Positions 26,023 to 37,090 of a stretch of 64,000 nucleotides of DNA are shown here, piece by piece (the first letter of the stretch is position 1; every line of letters starts with the position of its first letter). Source of the DNA: Octopus sinensis. Lineage: Eukaryota. A program made the position numbers and the translations under genes. Below the pieces are notes generated by a model. That model searched no databases. It was given only the letters and a program-made list of their open reading frames with translations, and was not told where the DNA came from. The stretch covers positions 102,176,001-102,240,000 of the forward strand of contig NC_043006.1 in the NCBI RefSeq assembly GCF_006345805.1. Reading direction: 5' to 3'.

Positions 26023-27812
26023 TATATATATATATATATATATACCATTGGGGTTTGGAATTTCCAGTGTACACTTCAGACAAATGTCTCTTTTTAATGT
26101 TAAGATAAAATGAAACTTTGGAAGTCAGAGAAGTTCTACAATTTATAAAAGTGAACAATAGGAAACACAAAATGTGCCATTTCATGCATAGGCAAGGAGT
26201 AATGTGAGTAAAAAAGAAGAGAAATGGGAGAAAAAGAGGGAGAAAAGCTGAGCGAGGTTGAAATAGAAAATTGGAGCAAGAGGAGAGGCAGGAAACAGTT
26301 GACATTCATTTAAAACATCAGTGACATAATTCTGAGTTTGAATATGTCATGTTGATCTTTATGCTTCCATCAGTGGACAGATTGATGGTGTGCAAAGACA
26401 CTGATCAATGAGTAATTGAGTGGTCTGTTATGCTAGGGTGGGAGGTGACTTCTTGATCTGACATACATAGTAAAATACAATGAATAATTTTGGGAAAGCA
26501 ATAGTTTGTTTCACCAATGTATAGGGAACTGCAGAGTCTGCAAGTTATGCTGTACGTAATGTTGGTAAAATGGCAACAGAATATTTTTTATGATGCAATA
26601 CTGTAACTTAGGGCTTGTAATAGTTCTAGAGATTTTGATGTAGGGACAGGTGTTGCTTTAAAATGTGCTTTGTATGTATGTGGAGATTCTGCAAGGTTGC
26701 AGAGAGTATTATCATTCTTGAATGGGAGAAATAAGAAAGAGTTTGTTTTATAATATTTACTAAATTCTATGAACTGTTGACTAGTCTTGCAAATGTTGTA
26801 CTTTGATGATGAACAGAAGCTGTATCATATACAAGTTGCTTTTTTGGATGTTTCTCCTTTAAACATAAATTTAAATCAGTCCTTCGTAGAATTTTGATGA
26901 CCTCCGCAAAATTACAGACAATCCTGAATGTTTTACAGTAAAGCTTTTTTTTTTTATCTTTCTTCTTTTTTTTTTACACTGGATATCTTGCAGATAGATT
27001 GAAGTCCTTATGCAATCAACATCTCGTTGTCTTAGTGCAACATTTACTATCAGTGTCACTGTTAGCTACAACACAAAGATACTGAATAATATCATCACTT
27101 GTGGTATGAGGTCTGCTTCATACCAGGACCCCTGATTTGTAGCTGTATTCACCTGTCTGCTGAAATCAAGACAAAGCTTTCTGGATAACACCAATAGATA
27201 CATTTAGCTGATTTAATATATTCCTAAGCATGAGTCTATTACAACATAAGGCCATAAGATGGCAATGAAATATTGATGGAGCTAGCAGTATCAGAAATGT
27301 CAAATGTAAGATAAAATTATATCTAGTTGATAATTAGCTTTGATATTTATATCAAAGCCTATGTAGTAAAATACTAAATTTCATCTTTGTATTCAGTCTT
27401 TGTGCCACACTGTGTGTGTGTGTAAAAGTATAGCCATCACTCACATCTGAGTGGCTTGGTAACATACCATTCTTTCATTAGTTGTTTTAGCCTATATAAT
27501 TGTAAGCAGACACTGACACATTCTTTGTCTTCCTCTTCTGGACCCAGCAGAATATTCAGGATGTGACAGCTGGGAGTAGTTGGGGAGAAAACTGCACCAG
27601 TACAGAGTTGGTGCTCATTTTCAGCTGAATACCTTGAAGTAATGAAAAATGAAGTGCCATTGGTTCCTTCAATTCCTGCAAGCATCATTGAAGTGACTAT
27701 AACTGAGTGGGCTTCCTTTAAACAGCACCATTTCTTGCCAATGATTACATCCATCACCAACATATGCTTAAATATCCCCTCATACATAAAAAGATGCTTA
27801 TACCAACACATA

Positions 27813-28811
27813 CAGGATGTCCCATAAGTCAATGATGGGTTTCAATTTTAATAACTTCCTTTACAAATAATAAATACCGGTTGAGTGGTGGGGTTGATGT
27901 AAGAGATTTATCTCATCCCTGAAATTACTAGCTTTGTTCCAAAATTTGGAACTAGTATTAAGGTACCTAAAATCATGTTTCTAACTCACTTAATTGAGTT
28001 ACAAATAAATGCATGAAATTTTGATACAATATAAAGGACGTAATGGAAATTGATATGCACAAGTCAAATTTTGCAGCACCTCTACATCACATATGAAAAA
28101 TGACATCACTTAAATGGCAGCCATTTTTGACTTTGCATGCCCGTACTCTTTCCAAAAATTGCACCATAACACCCTCAAGAATTTCAGACCCCACTTCTCT
28201 GATTTTTTTTATTGATGTTCTCTTTCACTTGCACCAGGGTCCCCAGTTTATTGACATAAACCCTCACTTTCAGGTATCCCACAAAAAAAAATCCTGGCTG
28301 GTCAAATCTGGGGAACGTGAAGGCCAGTTGACATTGCCAAAGCTGGTGATTCTTCTCTCTCCAAAGCACAGCTGTAGCAACTGTATTGTTTCTTTTGTGG
28401 TGTGAGCAGTTGCCCCATCTTGTTGGAACCATGTGTGGGGTCTACTTTGAATGGCTTTCACGTTCCCCAGACTTGACTAGCCCAGATTTTTTCTTGTGGG
28501 GATACCTGAAAGAGAGGATTTACATCAACAAACTGGAGACCTTGGTGCAACTGAATAGAGAAATCAGAGAAGGGGAGGGGTCTAAAACTTTTGAGGGTGT
28601 TATGGTGCAAGTTTTGGAAAGAGCACAGGTGTGCAAAGTCGAAAATGGCGGCCATTTTTCACATGTGATGTAGTGGTGTTGTAAAATTTGACTTGTGCAT
28701 ATTAATTTCCATTATGTTCTTTATATATTGAATCAAAATTTCATGCATTTATTTGTAAAGTTAAGGAAGTTATTAAAATTGAAACCCATCAGCGACTTTT
28801 GGGACATCCTG
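27813..28811. mobile_element. Fold-back Tc1/mariner-superfamily derivative built from two inverted copies of the transposon 3-prime end
   Basis: TA-CAGGATGTCCC ... GGGACATCCTG-TA termini. Minus strand encodes WFQQDGATAHT...WPSRSPDLT..DFF..GYLKVRVYVNK; plus strand encodes SRSPDLTSPDFFLWGYLKERIYINK. Confidence 0.8.
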
Positions 28812-29219
28812 TATGTGTATGTATATATACATAGAGAGAGAGAGAGAGAGAGAGAGAAAAGGGAGAGAGAGAGAGAGAGCATGATGGGCTTTCTGCACAG
28901 CCTGTATGTAATATATATTTAATTGAAAAGACATTGGAATCATACCTGAATCTATACAGTTGTGAAGCAAACTTCTTAACCACATAGCTATGCCTGTATT
29001 CAAATCACTTTCATTCTGATATTCTAACATTTCTATATCAGAATAAGATATTTCTTTTGATAATTTCAAGATCAAGCTCATCGCCATTGAACAAGATGTT
29101 CCAATTATAAACATATGTTTTTGTTTTCTTTTTCATCTGATTACTGACTACTATGGTTCAGAGGACAACCATTCATTCAATTAAGTGAGTTAGAGACACG
29201 GTTTTAGGTACCTTAATAC

Positions 29220-29403
29220 TAGTTCCAAATTTTGGAACAAGGCTAGTAATTTCAGGGAGGAGATAAATCTCTTACATTAACCCCACCACTCAACCAGTAT
29301 TTATTTTATCAACCTCAAAAGGATGAAAGGCAAAGTTAACCCTGGTGGAATTTGAACTCAGCATTTTGCCCAGCATGCTAATGGTTCTGCCAGATTACCG
29401 CCT
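29220..29403 (-). mobile_element. SINE family C, internally shortened
   Basis: Head GGCGGTAATCTGGCAGAACC, TGAGTTCAAATTCC B-box-like, TTTGCCTTTCATCCTTT block shared with 31563-31793. Confidence 0.7.
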
Positions 29404-30439
29404 TAGGTATTTTAATATTAATAACAAATTTGAAATGTTATGGCAATAACCATAAAGCCATTTGCAATTGTTATGAGCAAAGAGTTGATTCTGTCTGTCC
29501 TTTCAATTAGATTGTTTCCAGATGTTAGTTTCAGGTTGAAAGATTTTAGATACTGATGCTTCCACCAATAGATGTCAATTTTATTCAGATATTCTCACCT
29601 GATTTTGTCATATCCATAAAGTGATAGAATATCACTTTGACAAAACATTTGCAAGTAGTAAATAGCAGTAAAAAGAGCCCAAATGTTGTCTGCAATTTAG
29701 ATTAGAACAATGTCAAGTCCATTTCAGCTGCAGAAGACTTGTAGTGGGAAGGTTGGATATTGACCTTAGGTTAATAATAGATTCCACATATTCATTGCTA
29801 GTATCAAATTTATACACTTTGTTATTCAATCCAACATGGTAGCCATCTACATGCTCATTCAGTCTGTTAGAAATAGCAGCTAACTATTCTTCAGATCACA
29901 TTGCTACTATTTTCAACAAAACGAGAAAGGATATGTTGAATAATGTAATTCTAAATACCCTATATCTTAATAAAAAGAAAGGTTAGTTATTGTTGGAATA
30001 AATTTGATCAAAGGGTCTGTGAGATCAGAGCTGATCTGAAAACATACAATATCAACATCTAGGAAGTACATATTGTTTTGCTGTAAATTTCAACTGTACA
30101 TATCTATCTATCTATCTATCTATTTATCCACACACACACACACACACATATATGCGATATCCTAATAAAAGACAAGATGGTTATGGTTGGAACACCTTCA
30201 AACATAGGTCTACTAAATTAACACTCACTTGAAATGACTTGATACAAACTGAACAACACGTAATTAATCCACTATATCTATTGGTGATATAGGCTTAGAA
30301 ACACATCTTGAAAAGTTAAAGGTTTTGTTCATTAGCAAAAACTTTGCCATCAACATGTTCCAGCCTCAACAGCCTCTACACCTCTGAACTATCAAATTAC
30401 ATATCACCTCTACCTATGTATGTATGTACATATGCATGT

Positions 30440-30668
30440 GTGTGTGTGTATGTTTGTGTGTCTGTGTTTCTCCCCCCCCCCCCAATATCGCTTGACAACC
30501 GGTGCTGTTGTGTTTATGTCCCCATAACTTAGTGGTTCAGCAAAAGTGACTGATAGAATAAGCACTAGGCTTACAAAGAATAAGTCCTGGGGTCAATTTT
30601 CTCAACTAAATGTGGTGCTCCAGCATGGCCACAGTCAAATGACTGAAACAAATAAAAGAGTAAAAGAG
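30440..30668 (+). mobile_element. Family A SINE, 3-prime half
   Basis: CTTGACAACCGGTGCTG...GACTGAAACAAATAAAAGAGTAAAAGAG. Confidence 0.8.
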
Positions 30669-31136
30669 TATATATATATACACACATATATATATATATA
30701 TACTCATATATATATATACATATACACATACATATGTATATCTACATACACACACATGCACATGTAGAAGACACAAACATATATACACAAAGTAGTTTTT
30801 ATTTCTTATTTATTTGATAGAAAATGTAAAATTGAAAGCTATCACCACTGTTTCTAAGTAATAGTGATAGTGGCTTCCAGTTTCACACTTGCGTTAGTTA
30901 GTTTCACTTTTTAAAGCATTTAGCTTTTCAGTTTTAACAAGTGGCAAAAGTATTATTGTTTCAACTATTGCTGTTAGACAGAGTTTCTTGTGAAGATGAC
31001 AGTCATCACAACAATAGTTATTTGTAAAGAACTTTATTCATTGACTTGATGAAAGATAAAAATGAATGTTCATAAACCAAAACCTATTTTGTGTTGAATC
31101 TATAAAAGAAGCTCATGGTATATGTACACACAGATA

Positions 31137-32309
31137 TACAAGGTAGTCTCAAAAAGTTCCCCAACTAGTTCTGTAGTGCACCAACAGATGGCGGCTCATG
31201 GTTGTGTCCACAGTGAGAGCTAGCAGTAGCCTTCATGAGGCAGTGGCCGCGTGACATTGTTGTGTTAACTACACATTTGAAATTCGTGATTTTGTGATCA
31301 TGTGTATGTTGTAGTCTGTAATTTTTGTCATGGATAGGAAGTTGGAACAAAAAGCCAATGGAATAGTTTGTGTTGAACTTCAGAAGTCGGCTACAGAGAT
31401 ATTAAGCATACTTTAGCAAGCTTACAGGACAAGGCAATGGCTCATACACATTGTTTTAAGTGGCATGAGTGCTTCAAAAGTGGATGACAGAGCTGTAGCT
31501 CAATCAAAAGCATGCACATCATTTTTGGTTTTTTTTGACATCCATGGTATTGTTCATGGAGAGGCGATGAGCTGGCAGAAACATTAGCACACCGGGTGAA
31601 ATGCTTAGTGGTATTTCATCCGCTGCTACGTTCTGAGTTCAAATTCCGCCGAGGTCGACTTTGCCTTTCATCCTTTCGGGGTCGATTAAATAAGTACCAG
31701 TTACGCACTGGGGTCGATATAATCGACTTAATCCATTTGTCTGTCCTTGTTTGTCCTCTCTGTGTTTAGCCCCTTGTGGGTAGTAAAGAAATAGGTATTG
31801 TTCATGGAGAATTCATTCCTCAGACCCAGACTGTCAGTCAAGAGTTCTACTGTGATGTTTTGAAGCATTTGAAGGAAGAAGCATCTGGCCACTTTCACTG
31901 AATGTGAAAGTGGCCAGATCTGTGGAGCATGAAGAATTGGATTCTTCAAGAGGACAATGCACCCTGTCAAAGAGCTCCCTCCACTTATGAGTATCTTCTA
32001 AAAAAAACATGGTATTGCTTCTGCATCTGCCCTATTTGCCAGATTTAGCTCCTGCAGAATTCTATCTTTCCCAAGATAAAAACACAGCTCAAAGGTCACC
32101 GTTTTAACACCATTATCGAGATCCAGAGCAAATTGGCATAAGTCCTCAACTTACTCATGGAAAGTGACTTCCAGGCTGGGTTCCAAAATTGCAGGAACTC
32201 TGGGGCTGAGCTAGGTGACTATTTCAAAGGAGATGATGTTAAAACTTAGATGAATAAGTTATTTTCTATTAAACATAACTAGTCAGAGAACTTTTTGATA
32301 CACTTCATA
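31137..32309 (+). mobile_element. Internally deleted, degenerate mariner element
   Basis: Imperfect TIRs (TCAAAAAGTTCCCCAACTAGTT / AACTAGTCAGAGAACTTTTTGA). Transposase remnants KLEQKA..CVELQKSATE, VFFDIHGIVHGEFIPQTQTV, WILQEDNAPC and LPYLPDLAPAEFYL. Confidence 0.75.
31563..31793 (+). mobile_element. SINE family C nested in the mariner, with 17-bp TSD
   Basis: Perfect TSD GGTATTGTTCATGGAGA at 31546-31562 and 31794-31810. Head GGCGATGAGCTGGCAGAAAC, GAGTTCAAATTCC. Confidence 0.9.
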
Positions 32310-32639
32310 TGTATACAGAGAAGACACATTCAACAGCTAGACTATGCATAATCTTATTCTTCAGCTAAAGTAGATCAGTTGCATTAGCTACACACACATG
32401 CAATCATCATCATCATTCAATGCTCATTTTCCCATGCTTCCATGCATCAGACAGAATTTGGTGAGGCAGATTTTCTATAATCAGAAACTCTGTTGCAAAC
32501 CTTCACCTGTTTCCAAGCAAAATAATATTTTCCCATAACCAGACATGATTTTCATAGAAGACTGGAATTGAACAATATGCATTACCTGTATGATGGTCAT
32601 GCTCATTTATAACCTTTACATGATGTCAAGACACACACA

Positions 32640-32776
32640 CACACACAATAAGTTTTTTGCAGTTTTCATTGACCAAATTCACTTACAAGGCTTTGGTTGG
32701 CCCAGTACTGCTGTGCAGTGGGACTGAACCCAAGATCATATGTTGGGAAGCAAGCTTTTTTACCACACAGCCATGT
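32640..32776 (-). mobile_element. Family A SINE, 5-prime part
   Basis: GTGGGACTGAACCC and CCACACAGCCATG blocks. Confidence 0.6.
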
Positions 32777-32829
32777 TTGTACATTATCCTCACTATGTAT
32801 ATATGTATACATATATTTGTGTGTCATTG

Positions 32830-34100
32830 GATGTGGCCCCATTGGGTACTGCCACCTGACTTCTATCCTTCAGAAAGTCATGCAGCCATTCTCCTAATTT
32901 CCCACCTATGCCGATATCATGCAGTTTATGACATATCATTCCATGATCAACTTTATCGAAGGCCTTTGCAAAGTTGAGATATACCACATCCACGTTTGAG
33001 TGGTTGAGTAGTTGTTTTAACACCCAGTCACAGTGTTGTAAGAGCTGAGTCAGGCAGCTTCTTTCTGGTCAGAAACCATGTTGGGTGTCAGTCAGCAAGT
33101 CATTTTTCTCAAGGAAAGTGATTAGTTTTCTTCTGACTATTCGTTCCATGACTTTGTTGATGTGCGAGGTTAGAGAGATAGGTCTTTAGTTTTGGGCCTG
33201 TGCTCTGCTACTACCTTTATGAATAGGGTATATTTTACTTTCCTTCAGCTTGCTTGGAAGTTTGCCAGTTGTAAGGAAGCTCTGGAAGAGGGACTTTAGT
33301 GGTCCTGCTAGAACTTGCTTATGCGCTTATAGGATTGCTGGGAATCCATCAGGGCCAGTAGCTGAGTTTGGGTTCATTTCATCTATAGCCCTTATTACAT
33401 CATCTTTTATATTGCTATAATCAGTTGTCACTGCCTCTGTTTTATATCTTCAGTTGTAAAAATGTCAGCTGGATTGCTGACTTGCAACTGTCCCAGGGGT
33501 GGAGTGAAAACACTTTTGAATTGCTCATTTAGTATTTCACTTATTCTCATTCGGTTTCCTGTGAGTGAAACAGCTTTTTCAAGGAGTGGCCCTACCCTGC
33601 AGTGCACTGAGGCTGTTTCTTTGGCTAAGTTGTAGAAGGCTCTGGGGTTAGATTTTATATTGTCTATAGCCCAGGTTTATTTGCTCTTTCTTTTTCATAG
33701 GAGAGTTGCACATTTTTTTCAGTCTCCAGCAGTTGTATTTTCAGGTGGGATTTTTCACTGCTTTCAGTTTGTTTAGGTGATTTGAAACTTTTGTATGCCA
33801 TCTCATAAGCATTTTTCTCATCCTGGGAATTTTGTTCATGTGTACAGTGGCCTTTCTCTCCTGGACACATTAGTAGCATATGGCTTGCATTACAGACATA
33901 TATTATTGAAGTTTCATGTCGATGTCTGATGAGGAGAGACATTTAGGCGAGTTTTGTTTGAGGATCTTTTTCTCAATTTGTTTCCAGTTTGCCTTATGGA
34001 AGTTCAAATTGGAAAGATTTTGTGTTTCTTGTAGGCTGCATGTCTATGGTTTCCTTTGGTCCATACATGGTCAGCTCTACCTATAATTTATGAACATAAC
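32830..34100 (-). pseudogene. CR1/L2-type LINE ORF2 fragment (linker and RT N-terminal half)
   Basis: GPDGFPAIL, RPISLTSHINKVMERIV and VDVVYLNFAKAFDKVDHGMICHKLHDIGIGGKLGEWLHDFLKDRSQ, with stops and frameshifts. Confidence 0.85.
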
Positions 34101-34269
34101 ATTTTTGACCATCTTTAAATATAGGTAATATACTGGTTGCATTTTGGATACTTTTATCCCTTAGATGGTTATTTTAACCTCAAACTCAATTAACCATATA
34201 TATATATATATATATATATATCAATTTCAACATGTTGGGGCAATCGAAATCGAATAGAACCAGTCAGGA

Positions 34270-34596
34270 CCCCTGGACTGGTGGTACGCAAAAAGCACTA
34301 TCTGACTCATGGCCAATGCCAGCGCCACCTCGACTGGCTTCCGTGCCGGTGGCATGTAAAATGCACCAATCCAACCATGGCCGTTGCCAGCCTCGCCTGG
34401 CACCTGTGCAGGTGGCACGTAAAAAGCACCCACTACACTCACGGAGTGGTTGGCGTTAGGAAGGGCATCCAGCTGTAGAAACATTGCCAGATAAGACTGG
34501 AGCCTGGTGCAGCCTTCTGGCTTCCCAGATCCCCGGTCGAACCGTCCAACCCATGCTAGCATGGAGAACGGACGTTAAACGATGATGATGATGATA
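34270..34596 (+). mobile_element. SINE family B
   Basis: GGAGTGGTTGGCGTTAGGAAGGGCATCCAGCTGTAGAAAC...CCATGCTAGCATGGAGAACGGACGTTAAACGATGATGATG. Inverted near-identical copy at 52553-52800. Confidence 0.8.
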
Positions 34597-34719
34597 TCAA
34601 ACACCCTCTTGCACCAAATGTCAATTTCAAAAAGAATGAAGAAAAATTATGAAGCAACACCAAATGGTGGTGCCCCAGCATGGCCACAGTTTGTGAGATG
34701 AAACTAGATCAAATCACAT

Positions 34720-34722
34720 CAT

Positions 34723-34805
<83 letters not shown>

Positions 34806-35238
34806 ATATATATGTGTGTGTGTGTGTATATACATATATATATATATATATATAAGCAAAGTTTATTGTCCAATAAATGAGGGGTGTTCATAAATGGGCT
34901 GGTTACACCCACTGGGATAGGCCATGGGCTTATATATACATATATACATATATGTATTATATATACATATATATGTGTGTGTGTATATATATATATACAT
35001 GTGTGTGTATACATATATATGGATATATATATGTGTATATATATGTGTGTGTGTATATATATATATATATGCATGTGTGTGTGTATGTATAAATATATAT
35101 GTATATGTGGATATATATATGTATATGCATGTTTGCTTGTGTATATGCTGCCTTTCTGTGTACTCAAAATGAATGTGTGTCTATGTGCGCTGCTTTTTTT
35201 TTACATTCAAAACAGATATATATATATATATATATACA
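34720..35238. repeat. Compound (TA)n/(TG)n microsatellite region
   Basis: Direct reading. Confidence 0.95.
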
Positions 35239-35240
35239 TA

Positions 35241-35406
35241 TAGGATTAGCTGTGTGGTAAGAAGCCATCTTCCCGACCAAATGGTTCTAGATTCAGTCCC
35301 ACCTTGGGCAAGTTTCTTTCTACTTTAATCTTGGGCCAACCAAAGCGATGAGAGTGGATTTGTTAGATGGAAACTAAAACAAGCTTTTCATATATATGTA
35401 TATTTA

Positions 35407-35441
<35 letters not shown>

Positions 35442-35647
35442 AATTATGTATCTGTGTGTCTTGACACCATCATTTGACAACCAAAGTTGGTGTGTTTATG
35501 TTGCCATAACTTAGCGGTTCTGTAAAAGAGAGTGATAAAGTACGAGGCTTACAAAGAATATATCCTGGGGTTGGTTTGTTTGACTAAAGGCAGTGCCCCA
35601 GCATGGCCACAGTCAAATGAGTGAAGCAAGTTAAAGAATAAAAGACT
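35241..35647 (+). mobile_element. Degenerate family A SINE
   Basis: GCTGTGTGGTAAG head, TTGACAACC, CCAGCATGGCCACAGTCAAATG tail. Confidence 0.7.
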
Positions 35648-36114
35648 ATATATGTGTGTGTGTGTGTGTACTCACGTGTATTGTTTGTATGTGTGTATGT
35701 TCACATACATTCAGACTATCAATACACATAAACACACTCCCAATCATCTGAAGTTCATGTGTGTGTAAGACGGAGAGAAAGAAAGAGAATTTATTATTTA
35801 CCAACCTTTGCCACAAGCCATTCTTAATGAAATAAAAACAAGGAGTAGGAAAAACAGTCAGTAAAAAATATGAGACATAGTTCGACTTTGCTAATGAGTG
35901 TTAGAACTTGAAACCTAGCCTGAGAATGCAATGCTGCTTACCATTTTGATATATTGATTCACTTTGACAGTCTATTAGAATTGTCAGTAAACTCTTTGAG
36001 TGTTTGAATCCCAATAGAGACATATTGGCAACAATATAATAAGTCTGTTGGTTTTACCACTCAAGCATACACGCACACAAACACCTTCACACTTTCATAT
36101 GATATATACATATA

Positions 36115-36143
36115 TTAAGTATTGGTGTATGTGTATGTAGACA

Positions 36144-36184
<41 letters not shown>

Positions 36185-36263
36185 AAATAAATATATATAT
36201 CTACAAATATATAAATATATATATTTGTATAAGTATATATATATATATATTTCTGTATATATA

Positions 36264-36362
<99 letters not shown>

Positions 36363-36375
36363 GTGTGTGTATATA

Positions 36376-36427
<52 letters not shown>

Positions 36428-36450
36428 TATATATACATATACACATGTAT
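36115..36450. repeat. Compound (TG)n/(TA)n microsatellite
   Basis: Direct reading. Confidence 0.95.
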
Positions 36451-36454
36451 ATGT

Positions 36455-36687
36455 ACTATGGCACTCCGTCAGTTACAACGATGAGGTTCCAGTTGATGCA
36501 ATCAACAGAACAGACTGCTTGTGAAATTAATGTGCAAGTGTACTCTTAACGTAGATTCAGCGTGACACAGAGTGTGACAAGGCTGGCCTTTTGAAATACA
36601 GGTGCAACAGAAACAAGAAGAAAGAATGCAAGAAAGTTGTAGTGAAAGAGTAAAGCAGAGTTCACCACCCCCTGCCGGAACCTCGTA
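36455..36687 (+). repeat. Probable SINE-like interspersed repeat fragment between microsatellites
   Basis: Higher-complexity, CpG-containing block with sharp microsatellite boundaries; family not assigned. Confidence 0.35.
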
Positions 36688-36745
36688 TATATGTATATAT
36701 ATATATATTGTGTGTGTGTATATATATATATATATTATATATGTA

Positions 36746-36786
<41 letters not shown>

Positions 36787-36929
36787 ATTACGGAGATGTA
36801 CTCGCATAGCAAGTGATTTGATCTGAGATCGTGTGCTGGAACGAAAACAATTGCACCGTGGAAGGTGTTTGTAAGCCATTTAAGAAACACACAAAAGCCG
36901 TTCGATTCACTTCAACATTTAAGTTTAAT

Positions 36930-36977
36930 TTATTAAAATATTTTCGTCGCTAAAATCCGTGACCTGTTCACTGACAA
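36930..36977 (-). ncRNA. Minimal hammerhead candidate with G3:C8 core variant
   Basis: Minus strand TTGTCA-GTGAACA-G-GTCAC-loop-GCGAC-GAA-AATATT-T-TAATAA. Stem II 4/5 pairs, palindromic AATATT in place of helix III, stem I 5/6 pairs including one G:U. Confidence 0.45.
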
Positions 36978-37016
36978 AAATCCGTGCTGCAGCATGATAA
37001 AATGCATTTTTTCCGG

Positions 37017-37090
37017 TGGCCGGATAACTGAAGAGATGGCAGTGTGGATTTCCACCCTGCCATCCGAAACTTGGAGTTTTATCATGGCTA
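37017..37090 (+). ncRNA. Type I hammerhead ribozyme candidate, near-canonical
   Basis: Stem I GATAA/TTATC extended by TGGCCG/TGGCTA across a bulged A. Core CTGAAGA. Stem II GATGGCAG/CTGCCATC plus GTGG/CCAC. GAA, helix III ACT/AGT with loop TGG, cleavage triplet GUU. One extra C before G12. Confidence 0.7.

Noticed and set aside
27437-27832. 131-aa minus-strand ORF
   Set aside because: It starts inside a transposon TIR and shows at most a faint LINE endonuclease resemblance, not enough to call.
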